In this document: piece by piece, positions 39,401 through 50,103 of the stretch | Layout of the letters: each line of letters begins with the position of its first letter | How positions within the stretch are numbered: position 1 is the first letter of the stretch | Source of the DNA: Raillietiella orientalis | Taxonomy: Eukaryota | DNA: 64,000 bases | NCBI GenBank assembly: GCA_036172245.1 | Contig: JAYWIR010000013.1 | Span: 3,410,001 to 3,474,000 of the forward strand | Reading direction: 5' to 3' | Notes under the pieces: model-generated | What the model was told of the DNA's origin: nothing | Databases searched by the model: none | The model's input: the letters and a program-made list of their open reading frames with translations, nothing else | Position numbers and translations under genes: made by a program

Positions 39401-39848
39401 CTGCACACCTCCTCACGTGGGGCTGTTTGGGAATGCTCTAACAGGCCGGAAATACTCTGCACGCTTCCGGGCCAAAGGGGAAAACCACTGAGTCGAACCA
39501 CTAACGCTTTTCTACGTGCGCAAAATGCACACATTTAAGAGTACGAGGCAACCCTGCTTTAAGCTTGCAGACGCTCTTCACTTGCGGTTTTTTGTCAAGC
39601 AGATTTTGAGTCGTGCATGTCAGCTGCAGTTTTCGATGGGGGGGAAAGAAGGATGCTGTGAGTGAACCCTCGAACCAACCATGTTTTCCGAAACTCGGCA
39701 TGTTAAACTCGGAAGAACACCTTCTTCCTACGCGTTGAGACGGTGATATTTCTCCAGAAACACGCCCTCGTCCCCTGTTGTAATCTCTATCACGATTCCC
39801 CACTCAAAAACGAGAGAGAGCACTCTGAAATCCAAAATGGAAACCACG

Positions 39849-40188
39849 GAAAGCACGATACTTTCAGGACAGCCTTAATCTGCTCGGCACTGCAACGCAA
39901 AGAGAGCAACAACCTCGTAACGCAGTCCAGTCATCCGGGATCAACGATCGGGGAGCACTCTTTGAACGCACGAAGAACCCATTCAAAATCCCTTTTGAGG
40001 ACATCCCTGTGCATCGCCAAGAGCGAGAGATTCCGAAAAGGTTCCGTGAAGCGTTTGCCACAGTACGATACGACACCAACATGGATGGATGACCGCGCTA
40101 AGCAAAAGATCCATGAACGTTACATACATGCAGACTCTGCAGAAACGCGAGACTGTTAAGAATTCGGGTGAAGACTTCTTCGGAACCA
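39849..40188 (+). repeat. ~340-bp direct repeat, copy 1 (copy 2 at 46746-47088)
   Basis: GAAAGCACGATA...GACTTCTTCGGAACCA aligns end to end with 46746-47088; about 7 substitutions and one 3-nt indel counted by eye. Confidence 0.95.
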
Positions 40189-40310
40189 CATATACATATA
40201 TTATACATGTACATATATATATATGAAATACATTTCATATATATATAATATTTCATATAGCAATATTAAAAAAATTTTTTTGAAACATTATATATATATA
40301 TTTCATACTG
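40189..40310. repeat. TA-rich low-complexity island
   Basis: About 120 nt of (TA)n and AT tracts inside GC-rich DNA, directly abutting repeat copy 1. Confidence 0.8.
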
Positions 40311-42477
40311 TGATTGGTTGGTGATCCCTTTTGTTGCAAGATTCCCGACGGCAACCGCAGCAGAAACCTGGACCAAAGCACGAGGACCTTTATTCTTTTA
40401 CTTTTGGCAAGCATGCCAAGAACTCGCGGCGGACGTGGGCCGGCCCCAGGGTCGGACTACCTTTCTCATCGAGGGCTGCAGCGCTCGGCGAGAAAAGTTC
40501 GTCCGCGATCGGAGGGCCGTTCGGTGAGGGCGGGCCGCAACGACGGGCGCCTGTACCGATAAGAGCGCGCGCGCGCGCGCGCGGGGCGCACCAGCGGGTG
40601 CGGGCTCGGAGATGCGCACGCGCGCCGTTGCTTTCTTCCCTCGGGGGACCGCATGGCGGGAGCAAGAAGGACCGTCTCCCCATTTCCGGGTCCCGGGCAG
40701 GGACCCGGAAATGGAGAAGGTCCTTCTGGCAACCTTTCCTCCGCAGTCGCGTCCCCGACAAGCCCTCCCGCTCGAGGCATGCGAAGGCGCTGCCGAGGTG
40801 GGCGGTGGGATGCGCACGGACTCCTGTGCCCTCCGGAACAACCACCCCTCGAACGCTGGTGCTGGGGCGATGGTCAGACGTCTGCGAATGACCTCCCTCC
40901 CATGGCGGCGGGGAGGGCTGCCGGGTTGTCATGCGCGGTGGAAGGGGAAAAAGGAGCCAGCGGACTCGCTCCATCCGGCGCCTGATCCGCTGCCGGTCCT
41001 TCGTTGCCAGGAGACGGAAGAAAGGATCTCCAGAGCGTCCCCCACGCTTCCAGGCGATCCCGAAGGCGGTCAGCGAAGGCGGTGGCGACGGGCACGCTCC
41101 ACTCGAGGGGAGCAAAACGAGGATTCTCTCCCTCACCCCCTTTCCTTGCGGGCGGTGCGCGCTCCCGGGGGTCCCGGAAGGGGCCGGGAAAGCTGGGAAG
41201 GGCGGCGGCTCCAGCTCGTTCCCCCGCTAGCCGGGAACGCTTCCTCCTGGGGAAGCACCCTGTGTCGGGGTCCCGGGGACGCCCGGCCTCAGGGAGGAAG
41301 TGCCTGGCCCGTCGGACGGGGGTCCGTAGTTTCCCCCCCTTCCCCCACGGTGCGCGCGTAGCTCGCTATCCGACCCGAGCCGGCGACGCCGACCAGGGTG
41401 GGTGTCCGACCTTACTCGTTTCTGCCACGGGGGTGGACGGTGAGACTGAGAGAGTCCGTCCGCTCGCGCAAAGCCTCCGGGAATCCAGGAGGCGCCGGGA
41501 TGATGCTGTGATGTTCAGCTGCTGATGATCTGAGCGTCGCCCTGGGGGAAGAGTGAGCCCCACTCCCGCTCAATCTCACGGCGAGCTCAGGAGTGCTCGG
41601 AGGGAGGAACGGAGGAGGAGGCGCCAGGTCACCTCCTCCCCCCTTTCTCAGAGGCTCCCCCCTCCCCCTCCCTCGCACGGGATGCGGCGCCCGAGGCATT
41701 CCTCCCGGCTCCCGCGAGCCCTCTCCCGCGCTCTCCCTTCCGGGAACGCCGCACGGAGGGGCGGACGAGCGCCCACCTGTTTCTCGCGCGCGCCGACTCG
41801 TGCCCGACTTGCTCCTCTCTAGACTTTGATCTTTGTAGCCGCCGGGGGCGCCACGCAAAGCCGCCGCTACACCTTTGCTGCTGCGGGCGTGCTTCGCAGC
41901 GTATCTCCGGCTCCAGCGATGCCGCCACCTCAGCCGTCCGGGCGCCGCCAGCAGCACCACATCTTCCTCCTCGATGGTAAGGGCGCGGAATGACCATAAG
42001 GTGGGGGGGGGGGACACGGAAGAGAAGGGCTTTTCGACCCTTTTTCTCGCGCGATGGAAGCGCCGGGAGCGGGGCGATCCGGATCGCTCTCTTCCTGCAG
42101 GACATGCCCTCCGGCAACTCGTGTTGCGCCGATCGCAGGAGAAGCAACGTTTCCTTGCTGAGACTGACGCAACGGCTGGGGAAAGGAAGGGTGGGGGGAA
42201 GGGAATGGACAGGGTGCGCCCGCGCGAAATTAACCTCGGTCGCCGCGCACACCGATGCAGATGCTGGTTTGGGGACCCCTGGCTGGCTGTGTCATCTCCG
42301 CTGGCTTGTGAACCGTCGCCGGAGTGCACGCACCGCACTGTCCCGGAGGCCCAGCGTCGAGAAAGGAGGGACGGAGGAGGGGAGGGTTTCCAAGACGACT
42401 GGCGTGTCCTGGTGGAGGTGCCGCGCGCACCCTCTGAAAGCGCCACGCGTCGCGTCGCCAACGGTATCCGCGGATCT

Positions 42478-44475
42478 ATGCTCTCCGGCTACTCCGCCCT
42501 CCCCCGCGTCGGAGAGCGCTCTCCGCGTCGCGGGGCCCCTTCCCGTCACCGTTCCTCCTTGGCACGGTTTCTCTTTGTAGCTTCGCGGTCCCGCTGCGGC
42601 CTCCGCCGCTCTGCGGAGCGCGTCCTCTTCTCTCCGGCCTGCGTGGCGGCAGTGCTCCTCGCGATCGGATGCGTCGGCGTGGCTCACGCGGAGGAGATTC
42701 TCATTCCTGCATTCACCGCGCCGCGGAGCCACATGCAAGTCTTCCGCTCGCTGGCGCGGATCCTGGCGGAGAGGCGCGGCCACAACGTGACCCTCATCTC
42801 GCCTCATCCCCCGGACGCGGGGATGCCCGCCGGCGTGATCCAGCTGACCAACGACGAGCTGCAGAGGGAAATGAAGTCCGTCTCTCGCTGGGTGGTGGAG
42901 ATGACCAACGGCCGGAACTTCCTCACAAAGATGCTGGCCTTCCCCAAGATGATGGCGACGGATAAGAGGTGCTGCGAAGCGGCTCTGGGCGACCGCAGCA
43001 TCCAGGAAGCCCTCGGGAGGAAATACCACCTAGTTGTCCTAGAATCGTTCCTCAACTTCTGCACCTGGAAGCTTCCCCGAAGGGTCGGAGCACCCTTCGT
43101 CTTCGTCAGCCCCTCAGACGCATCCTTCCACATGCTGAGGTTGATGGGCCACGCCTACCTGCCCTCGTTCCACTCCGACATGTCCTCTTCCTTCGCCTCC
43201 GACACCATGACCTTCTGGCAACGCCTGAGGAACGCTCTGAGCTCGTTCCTGATCTACTCCTTGATCAACTTCTACTTCTTACCGTTCTCCAAGACGTCTT
43301 TGACGGTGCCCACAGGCGACGGCAGCTACGACGACGACCTCACGTTGGACAAGATCGTCGCAAACGCCTCCCTGCTCCTGAGCAACCAGCATTTCTCCCT
43401 GTCTTTCCCGAAGTCGCTACTCCCCAGCGTGGTTGAAGCTGGAGGACTTCATATCGGCGAGGCGAAACCCCTGCCCAGGGTGAGCGGGAGGAGAGGTCAA
43501 AGAACCTGGCACGGAGACCCACGGAAAGCTTCCTCCTCCCTCCTCCTCCCTTCCTTCCTCCTCCGCCTCCTCGTCTTTCGCCTGGTCCATTCCAGGAAGT
43601 GGAGGACTTCCTGCAGAAAAGCGGCGGCAGCGGTTTCTTGTTCTTCAGCCTGGGGACGGTCTTTCCGACGCTGTCCGTCAAGGAGTCTCTGAGGCGCGCC
43701 CTGTTGGAGGCCTTTGCGGCCCTGCCCTTCCCGGTGATCATGAAGTGGGACGAACGAATAGACCACGTTCCCAGGAACATCCTCATATTGCCGTGGGCTC
43801 CGCAGCAGGACATCCTCGGTCGGTACCCGGGGCAGGGAGGAGAGGTTGCACTGACCGCTGCCGCGAGGCGCTCCTCCCTTCTTCACAGCCCATCCCGGGA
43901 TCCTAGCGTTCGTGAGCCACGGGGGCTGCCTGAGTACAGAGGAGGCGCTGTACCACGGCGTGCCCATGGTCGTCATCCCGCTCTTCAGCGACCAGCCGTA
44001 TAACGCCGACCTTGTGGTGCGACGCGGGATGGGGGTCAAGCTGGAGCTGGGGAAGCTGACCTCCTCCGGCCTGACTGAAGCCGTCATGGAGGTGTCTTCG
44101 AACCCCAGGTGAATCACCACCACCCAATTCCCCTCCCCCTCCTGAGGGGACTCACTGCCGCCTCCGTCACCCTTACCCACCCCCAGGTACCGCGAGGCGG
44201 CAGGAAAGACCTCCCGCCTGTTCCGCGACCGGGTCATCGAAAGCAAAGACGCCGCCGTCTTCTGGATGGAGTACGCCATGCGCCACCGAGGGACCACCTC
44301 TCCCAACATCGCCTCGGGGAAAAGGCAGCTGGGCCTCTTCCGCTTCTACCTGTTGGACGTGCTTCTGGCTACTATCGCCGGGGTCGCCTTGGTGACGGCG
44401 GCGGTGTACTGCGCGGTGAGAGCCTGCGTCCGGGCCCTGAGGGCGTGGCGGCTGCGCAGCAGCGGCCGGCAATAA
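42478..44475 (+). CDS. UGT: UDP-glucuronosyl/glucosyltransferase (GT1 family, membrane-anchored); 4 exons, 5' start uncertain
   Basis: Exons ~42478-43479, 43596-43818, 43889-44108, 44187-44475. Hydrophobic signal ACVAAVLLAIGCVGVAHA|EEIL; catalytic His in RSHMQVFRSLARILAERRGHNVTLISP; MTFWQRLRN; GGLHIGEAKPLP; UGT signature [51 protein letters not shown]; C-terminal TM helix. The stop codon overlaps AATAAA at 44471. Confidence 0.94.
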
Positions 44476-46745
44476 AAAGAAACCGGGAAGCGGGGAGTTC
44501 CCGCTCTACGGACCTACAGACTGGAAGCTGCATCCAGGAGCGTCCACACGGGAAGATGGCACGGTCTCCCGCCCTCCCCCACGCCCCTACTGAAGAAATC
44601 CACCTGTGCGCAGGAAGGAAACTCGCGCGTCCGGCTGGGACAGAAATCTCAGGACCCCCCTCGGCCACAGAAACGCGCGAGGTGCGACAGCAACCCCGCG
44701 GGACAGCGTGCACAGGGAGTCGCGTCCCACCCGAGCAGAAGGAGCGAGCCGCAAACGTCGTGCAGCCCCGCCGGGAGCAGTCTCCGCCCACCTCAGCTAC
44801 CGGCAGGAGCAACCGCTCCCGATCACTATCCTCCTCCACGCATCCCTCCCATCTTGTGCCGCTCTCCCAAGGTGCGCGCGTGCACCCACGGGGAGCACCA
44901 GGGGCGGACGGGGGGTAGGTGGGGATGCGAGGCCGAACGGAAGAGCGGCAGCAGCAGCTGGACTTGGATCGGGAGGAGTGGAAAGGTGGCCTCCCTGGAC
45001 GCAAGAAGGGGAGGAGGAAGGAGGACCCCAGGTGCGTCGGGGAGGGGGGTAAGGAGCTTCGCCCCGATTCGGCAGCCGCGCGCCCGTCCGGAACCGCGAG
45101 TGCTCAGCTCGGTCCCCGTCCAGGGTCTCCGGCTTCCGGCTGAGAGCACGGAACCTACGAATCTCCCAGGCCGCGGCCGAAAACCCCTCCGAGTAGTCGG
45201 ACAAGAAAAAAGAGGCACGTCGGGCGCGGTTGCTCCCGTCAGAGAAGGCAATCCCTGCCTACTTTTCCGGGAAGCGTTCCCAGTGTCGTGGGATTAGCCT
45301 CCGGATAACCCCACGACAACTTCCGAAAGTGCCGGCTCCCGGATGCTGCCATCTTGATAACCCGGTGCGTAGGGTGCGACCCGGGAGGGGCGCGGCGGTG
45401 GCTCCTGTCTTCCCGTGTTCCGCGGGGGAGGCATTCGCGGGAGTTGCAGCTGCGCACGAGCGAGCGGTCCGGAGAGAGGCTCGCTGGGGGCGTCCCCTCT
45501 ACAGCTCCCTTCTTCGACGGTTGCTTCGTCAGCCCCGGGTACGCAACGAAGCACCGGAAGAGACCTCGAACAAGGGATTCGCGGTTGGGCAGCGTGCAGC
45601 TCCATCTGATAATAGAGATGGAAAGCGACCCATGTGGTCCATCCGCCGTCAGATGGGTTTTTTCACGCTCTCGCCAGCCGCATTCCTCCACGGAAGATGG
45701 CAGCTTGGCAACGCAGTCGCGTGGCCAAGGCGACTAGGTGGACGCGCGACGTGTGTGTTCGCTGCTCTGCGCTTCTTGTCGCGCTTGCGAAATGCACAGC
45801 AGCAAAGAGCGACGTGAGAGCGATGAGAGACAGAGGCGCGGGACCGTCTCTCGTCGCTCTTTCTGTCGATAGTGCCGCCTTCCAAGCCCTGCATCCTCCT
45901 CTCCCCCCCCCCTCTCCCCATGCGCCCCTTGGCACTCTCCTGGGGCCAGCGCAGAGCGGAGGCGACCGGTTGTGCGCGCTGACTCGCATCTCCTGAGAAA
46001 TCCGCGTGACCCCGGTTTCGCGCGCCGGTGCTCGAGCCTCTGGAAATCGACGTTCGATGGCGCTCTCGCAGCCGCGTGAGCGAGCGCGACGCGATGGCCC
46101 GGACGGCCTTTCTCTCTCTCTCCCCCCCCCCCCTTCCCCCTTCCGTTCCTCGTGTTCCTTTGGCGTGTGAGAGCCGAAAAGGAGGCGAGACTTATCTCGC
46201 CCTGTTCCCGGAATCGTCGTCGACGCGCTTTCCGGGGGGGGTTCGCCTTCTGGGTCGCCTCTGCTTACGCTCTCTGGCGGTGCGGATGCTTGCAGCAGCA
46301 GAGAAACAAGGAGGAGGAAGGAGGAGGAGTCTCCGGCGGATGCACTTCCGCGGAGCTTTGGGAACTGCCAACTGCCGAGCCGGCGATGGCTGGAGCGCCC
46401 TCCTCGCAAGCGAGAAGGGGGGGAGGGGGTTCATTGCTGGGTTGAGCATTGCTGTACGAATTAAGCTTCCTCGGAGAGCCCTCAACCTTGCCCTCGCGGT
46501 TCCGCACGGGCACGAGAGGAAACCGAATCCGGGAGGCTGCTGGGAGCTGGAGGCAGAGTCGAGGAAAGGAAGCGCCGAGAACCGTCCCGGGTTCGCCTCC
46601 TCGTCCCGCGAGTGGACACTTCCTGACCAGCGTCTATCGGGGCGATTCTTGCCACTTTGGCGACCGGGAAGCCAGCGACGCGTAAGCGACGCATCGGACC
46701 CTGGGTGGGGGGAGGTCCCGCGTTCGGGGGATCTCCCCCCACCCA

Positions 46746-47088
46746 GAAAGCACGATAATTTCAGGACAGCCTTAATCTGCTCGGCACTGCAACGCAAAGA
46801 GAGCAACAACCTCGTAACGCAGTCCAGTCATCCGGGATCAACGATCGGGGAGCACTCTTTGAACGCACGAAGAACGGATTCAAAATCCCTTTTGAGGACA
46901 TCCCTGTGCATCGCCAAGAGCGAGAGATTCCGGAAAGGTTCCGTGAAGCATTTGCCACAGTACGATACGACACCAACATGGATGGATGACCGCGCTAAGC
47001 AAAAGATCCATGAACGTTACATACATGCAGACTCGGCAGAAACGCGAGACTGTTAAGAATTCTGGTGAAGAAGACTTCTTCGGAACCA
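46746..47088 (+). repeat. ~340-bp direct repeat, copy 2
   Basis: Near-identical to 39849-40188, in the same orientation, about 6.9 kb downstream. Confidence 0.95.
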
Positions 47089-48327
47089 TCAGTGCCTTCA
47101 TCAGTGACTTTGGGCGTCCGGAGGAGGGCGAAGGTTTAGAACGTAATCCTAAGCAAGGTGCGCACATACGAGCTGCATGGTCACTTCTCTCGGATTTGCT
47201 GAAATCTCATTTGCTGAACCCAATGTTGACCGGGACGCAAGTTTACGAGATCAAGAGCAGCGCGCACTCATCCCTGTGAGCCATCCCTTCAAAGTGATCA
47301 CTCCGATGATAGGCGAGCGCCCAAACTCTCCACCCACGTCTGGAGCTGCGCTGGGAGGTCGAAGTCCCATGAACTCCACAGCGAAGACGCGCTGCCCTTC
47401 GACCAGTCTCTCGTCCATAATTCATCCGTGACGCTGGTCATCCGCGATTCGTTGTTCGCAGTCGAAGAGTCCGTTACACTCGAGGAACGTCTGGGACAGT
47501 TTGGGTTTAAGCAGACGTCGAGGATGGCTCGCTCGGTAGGAAGCGAAGGTCGCAAGTTCTGAAGTTCCCACGGAAACGAGGCTCGCGAAGGTGCCAAGAA
47601 AGGAACCGTCACCGCAGGCATCGCATCGATAGGCCGCGTCCTTGCTCAAGAGGGGAGAAGATGCACCTTCTGTCCAGCAAGACCACTGGGAAAATGACTG
47701 CATGCCAGAGGGCACGTACACCCACCACGCGCACCTTGGCTCGGACGGGCAAGCTCTGGCAACGTGGCGAGCACGGAAGAGCACGTAACCAGCTTTTGCA
47801 GGTCATCGGAGGACCCTTCAAGATTCTTCACAGAGTTGAAGACCATGTGAGCACCTTTGGAGAGGTACATGCTGCGGCTGCATTTCTGTGGACAACGGGC
47901 ATCTCCAGACTCATCCAAGGACGCGGAAAATTCGCCTATGCAGTCCGCGGAGGAGACCTAGCGAAAGTAGGCACAACGATGGGCAAAAAACACACACACA
48001 CACACACACAAAAATATTCAAGCGCTTGCAGCCTTGCATAACCAGTGCGTGCGTGCAGCCAGGTCAAAACCCTGCCGGGGAAGGCGGGGTTCTGGATCGT
48101 ATGTGAAACAACCGTGCTGTGGGGTGTGTCTGTGGGGAACGGAGCAGCCCCGCGCTTTTAAATGTCAGTGCGTGTGCCCAACAACCGTGTTTCTTCTTTT
48201 CTTTCCCCAAAGTTCGCAACCGCGATGCAGTTCGGTAGTCACCCGCGAATCGCGACCTGCCGATGGGAACAAGATTCCAGAAGTGCGAGGAAAGAAACGC
48301 GTCGTCGAGTCCAGGAGAAACGGAAAC

Positions 48328-50103
48328 CTAAGATTGAAATTCATGCCGCCGGTGCCAGGGCGCCATGCGGGCCGCACCACGGGATGCCGGCGCTGCAGCG
48401 CGCGGACGTAAAATGGAGCACGTTGAAAAACTATTTAATTTTTCGGAAAACGTTCTTCTCGGAAACACCTTCAAGGGATACTTTCTCTTTGGAGCAGGCT
48501 TCTGTTTGCGTGGCTCGATGATGTTCCTTCTTTGGAGGCTCCTGAAACGGTCTTCCAGCAAATGAGAGTCGTGCTGGGCAAAAATCTCATTCGAAGATCC
48601 TCCGAAACAGTGACATACCTTCACCCTTCTCAAGCAGCCTGGCAAATCTTCAGGAAGTGCCACTTCAACTCCCGGATCATGATACCTATAACGGCTCAGT
48701 TTCTTGGGAAGTTGCTCCCTAATCAGTTTTCTTTCCATCTTCTTTTTTTTGACTTCCAGACGCACAACATCCTTCTTCTCCAAATCTTTCATGATTTTTT
48801 TGAGTCTAAATCGCAATGAGAATGACTTTCAAAGTATGTAGGCACACTACCTGAACACATCGGCCTCCCTAATATTCTGCCTTTTCGTACGCAACCTGCA
48901 GCTCTCTTCTGTTTTCAATTTCGTGAGCTTTCTTCGTTTATTCAGGGGTTTTCTGTCTTCATCACGAATGGGTGGATTGTAAACCCTTGGTTCTTCCTCT
49001 GAGTGTTTGTCTTCCGGCTCGATTTCACTCTCACTATCAAATAAGCCTTGGCGCATTTCTTTAAAATGCTCTTCCTTCAAAACACCTAATTACAATTCAA
49101 GGCCCTTTTCCACAACCTCTAGAACTGCTCTTTCAATCTTATAATCACATAGACGGAGCCTTTTCAACTGTTTCTCCTTCTTCTTCAACCTCCTTTCCTC
49201 TTCTTGGCAAGCAATGTTCAATAACTGCTGATGGTCTGCATAAGATGGATTGTAAGACATGCCTTAAAAAAACAAAAACAGGTTTTTTTTTTTTGATTAA
49301 TTAATTAATTGCTCATGTGGAACCTATATACCTGGATGGGGAACTTCCACAGGTGCAAGCTGAGAAGACTTCACAAGTGAACCTTTGGGGGGCTTTGGAT
49401 TTTGGTTGAGCTGAATGCCAGCATCACCTTCATCCCTCATGTTTGCAGCTGGATTGGATAAAACTGTTAGCTGCTTATCCCAGAGAACCCTATGGTACTC
49501 ACACCAAAGATTATGTGTGAATATGGGATCAGCAGGAACAGTCCGAGGTGCACAAGATGATTTTTCCTTAGATTTTTTTTTCAAAATCACTTTGCCATCT
49601 TTGTTGAATAAAGCACTAGAAAGGCGTTGGTCTTGTGTTTTTTTCAATTTTCGTTTGGAATTGCTTGAAAAAAATGCAAATCTTAATCCGAAGAAACACA
49701 ACTTTCTTACCTTCCAAAAGCTGGAACATTTGAAGTGGGATTCAGTATTTCATCGCACTTGAAAGGCTTAGCTGCCAACACTTTTAATTTTTCTTTTTTG
49801 GATAAAAGGAAATAATTGTTGGAGGCAATATCTGTGCCACCGGTTCGCTGGATATAAAATAATGATGCATCTTCTCTTTCAGAAAATGGTTTACTGGAAA
49901 CATCATGTTATATTTTGACTACATCATAAGTTATCTTCTTGAAAAGCATCCTCTAAAATCCACAAGAAAGCAGAAAACACTTACCCTAATCTTTCTTGTA
50001 AGCGTTTGTCTTCTAAATAATCCTCCAAAGAGGAATCATTCTGACATTTTTTCCAAGCCTTTTTTTTATTCTTGGGTATTCTGGAAACTTTTTTTTTAAT
50101 CAT
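48328..50103 (-). CDS. NOP53: Ribosome biogenesis protein NOP53 (GLTSCR2/PICT1)
   Basis: Exons (minus) 50103-49985, 49893-49711, 49663-49332 (possibly split by a ~39-nt in-frame intron near 49465-49503), 49262-49117, 49074-48851, 48805-48619, 48573-48328. Motifs SRIPKNKKKAWKK...LEDYLEDKRLQERLG, KPFKCDEILNPTSNVP, VEVPHPGMSYNPSYADHQQLL, LPGCLRRVK and LLEDRFRSLQRRNIIEPR...RKYPLK. Confidence 0.92.

Noticed and set aside
41498..41535. C/D-box snoRNA-like TGATG...CTGA motifs
   Set aside because: The span is too short, there is no terminal stem, and it is not in a recognised intron.
42464..42471. U12-type donor GTATCC
   Set aside because: It reads GTATCCGC rather than GTATCCTT, and no U12 branch site was seen.
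39849..47088. Intact LTR retrotransposon
   Set aside because: The repeats lack a 5' TG, no PBS, PPT or TSD was seen, and the interior holds an intron-containing UGT rather than gag/pol.
29500..48300. Many long overlapping ORFs (e.g. 31580-32581, 32199-33497, 36418-37758, 46028-47056) as genes or a bacterial/viral insert
   Set aside because: They are Arg/Gly/Pro/Ala-rich, have no recognisable domains and are expected from stop-codon scarcity in GC-rich DNA. The real genes here have spliceosomal introns and animal-type architecture.
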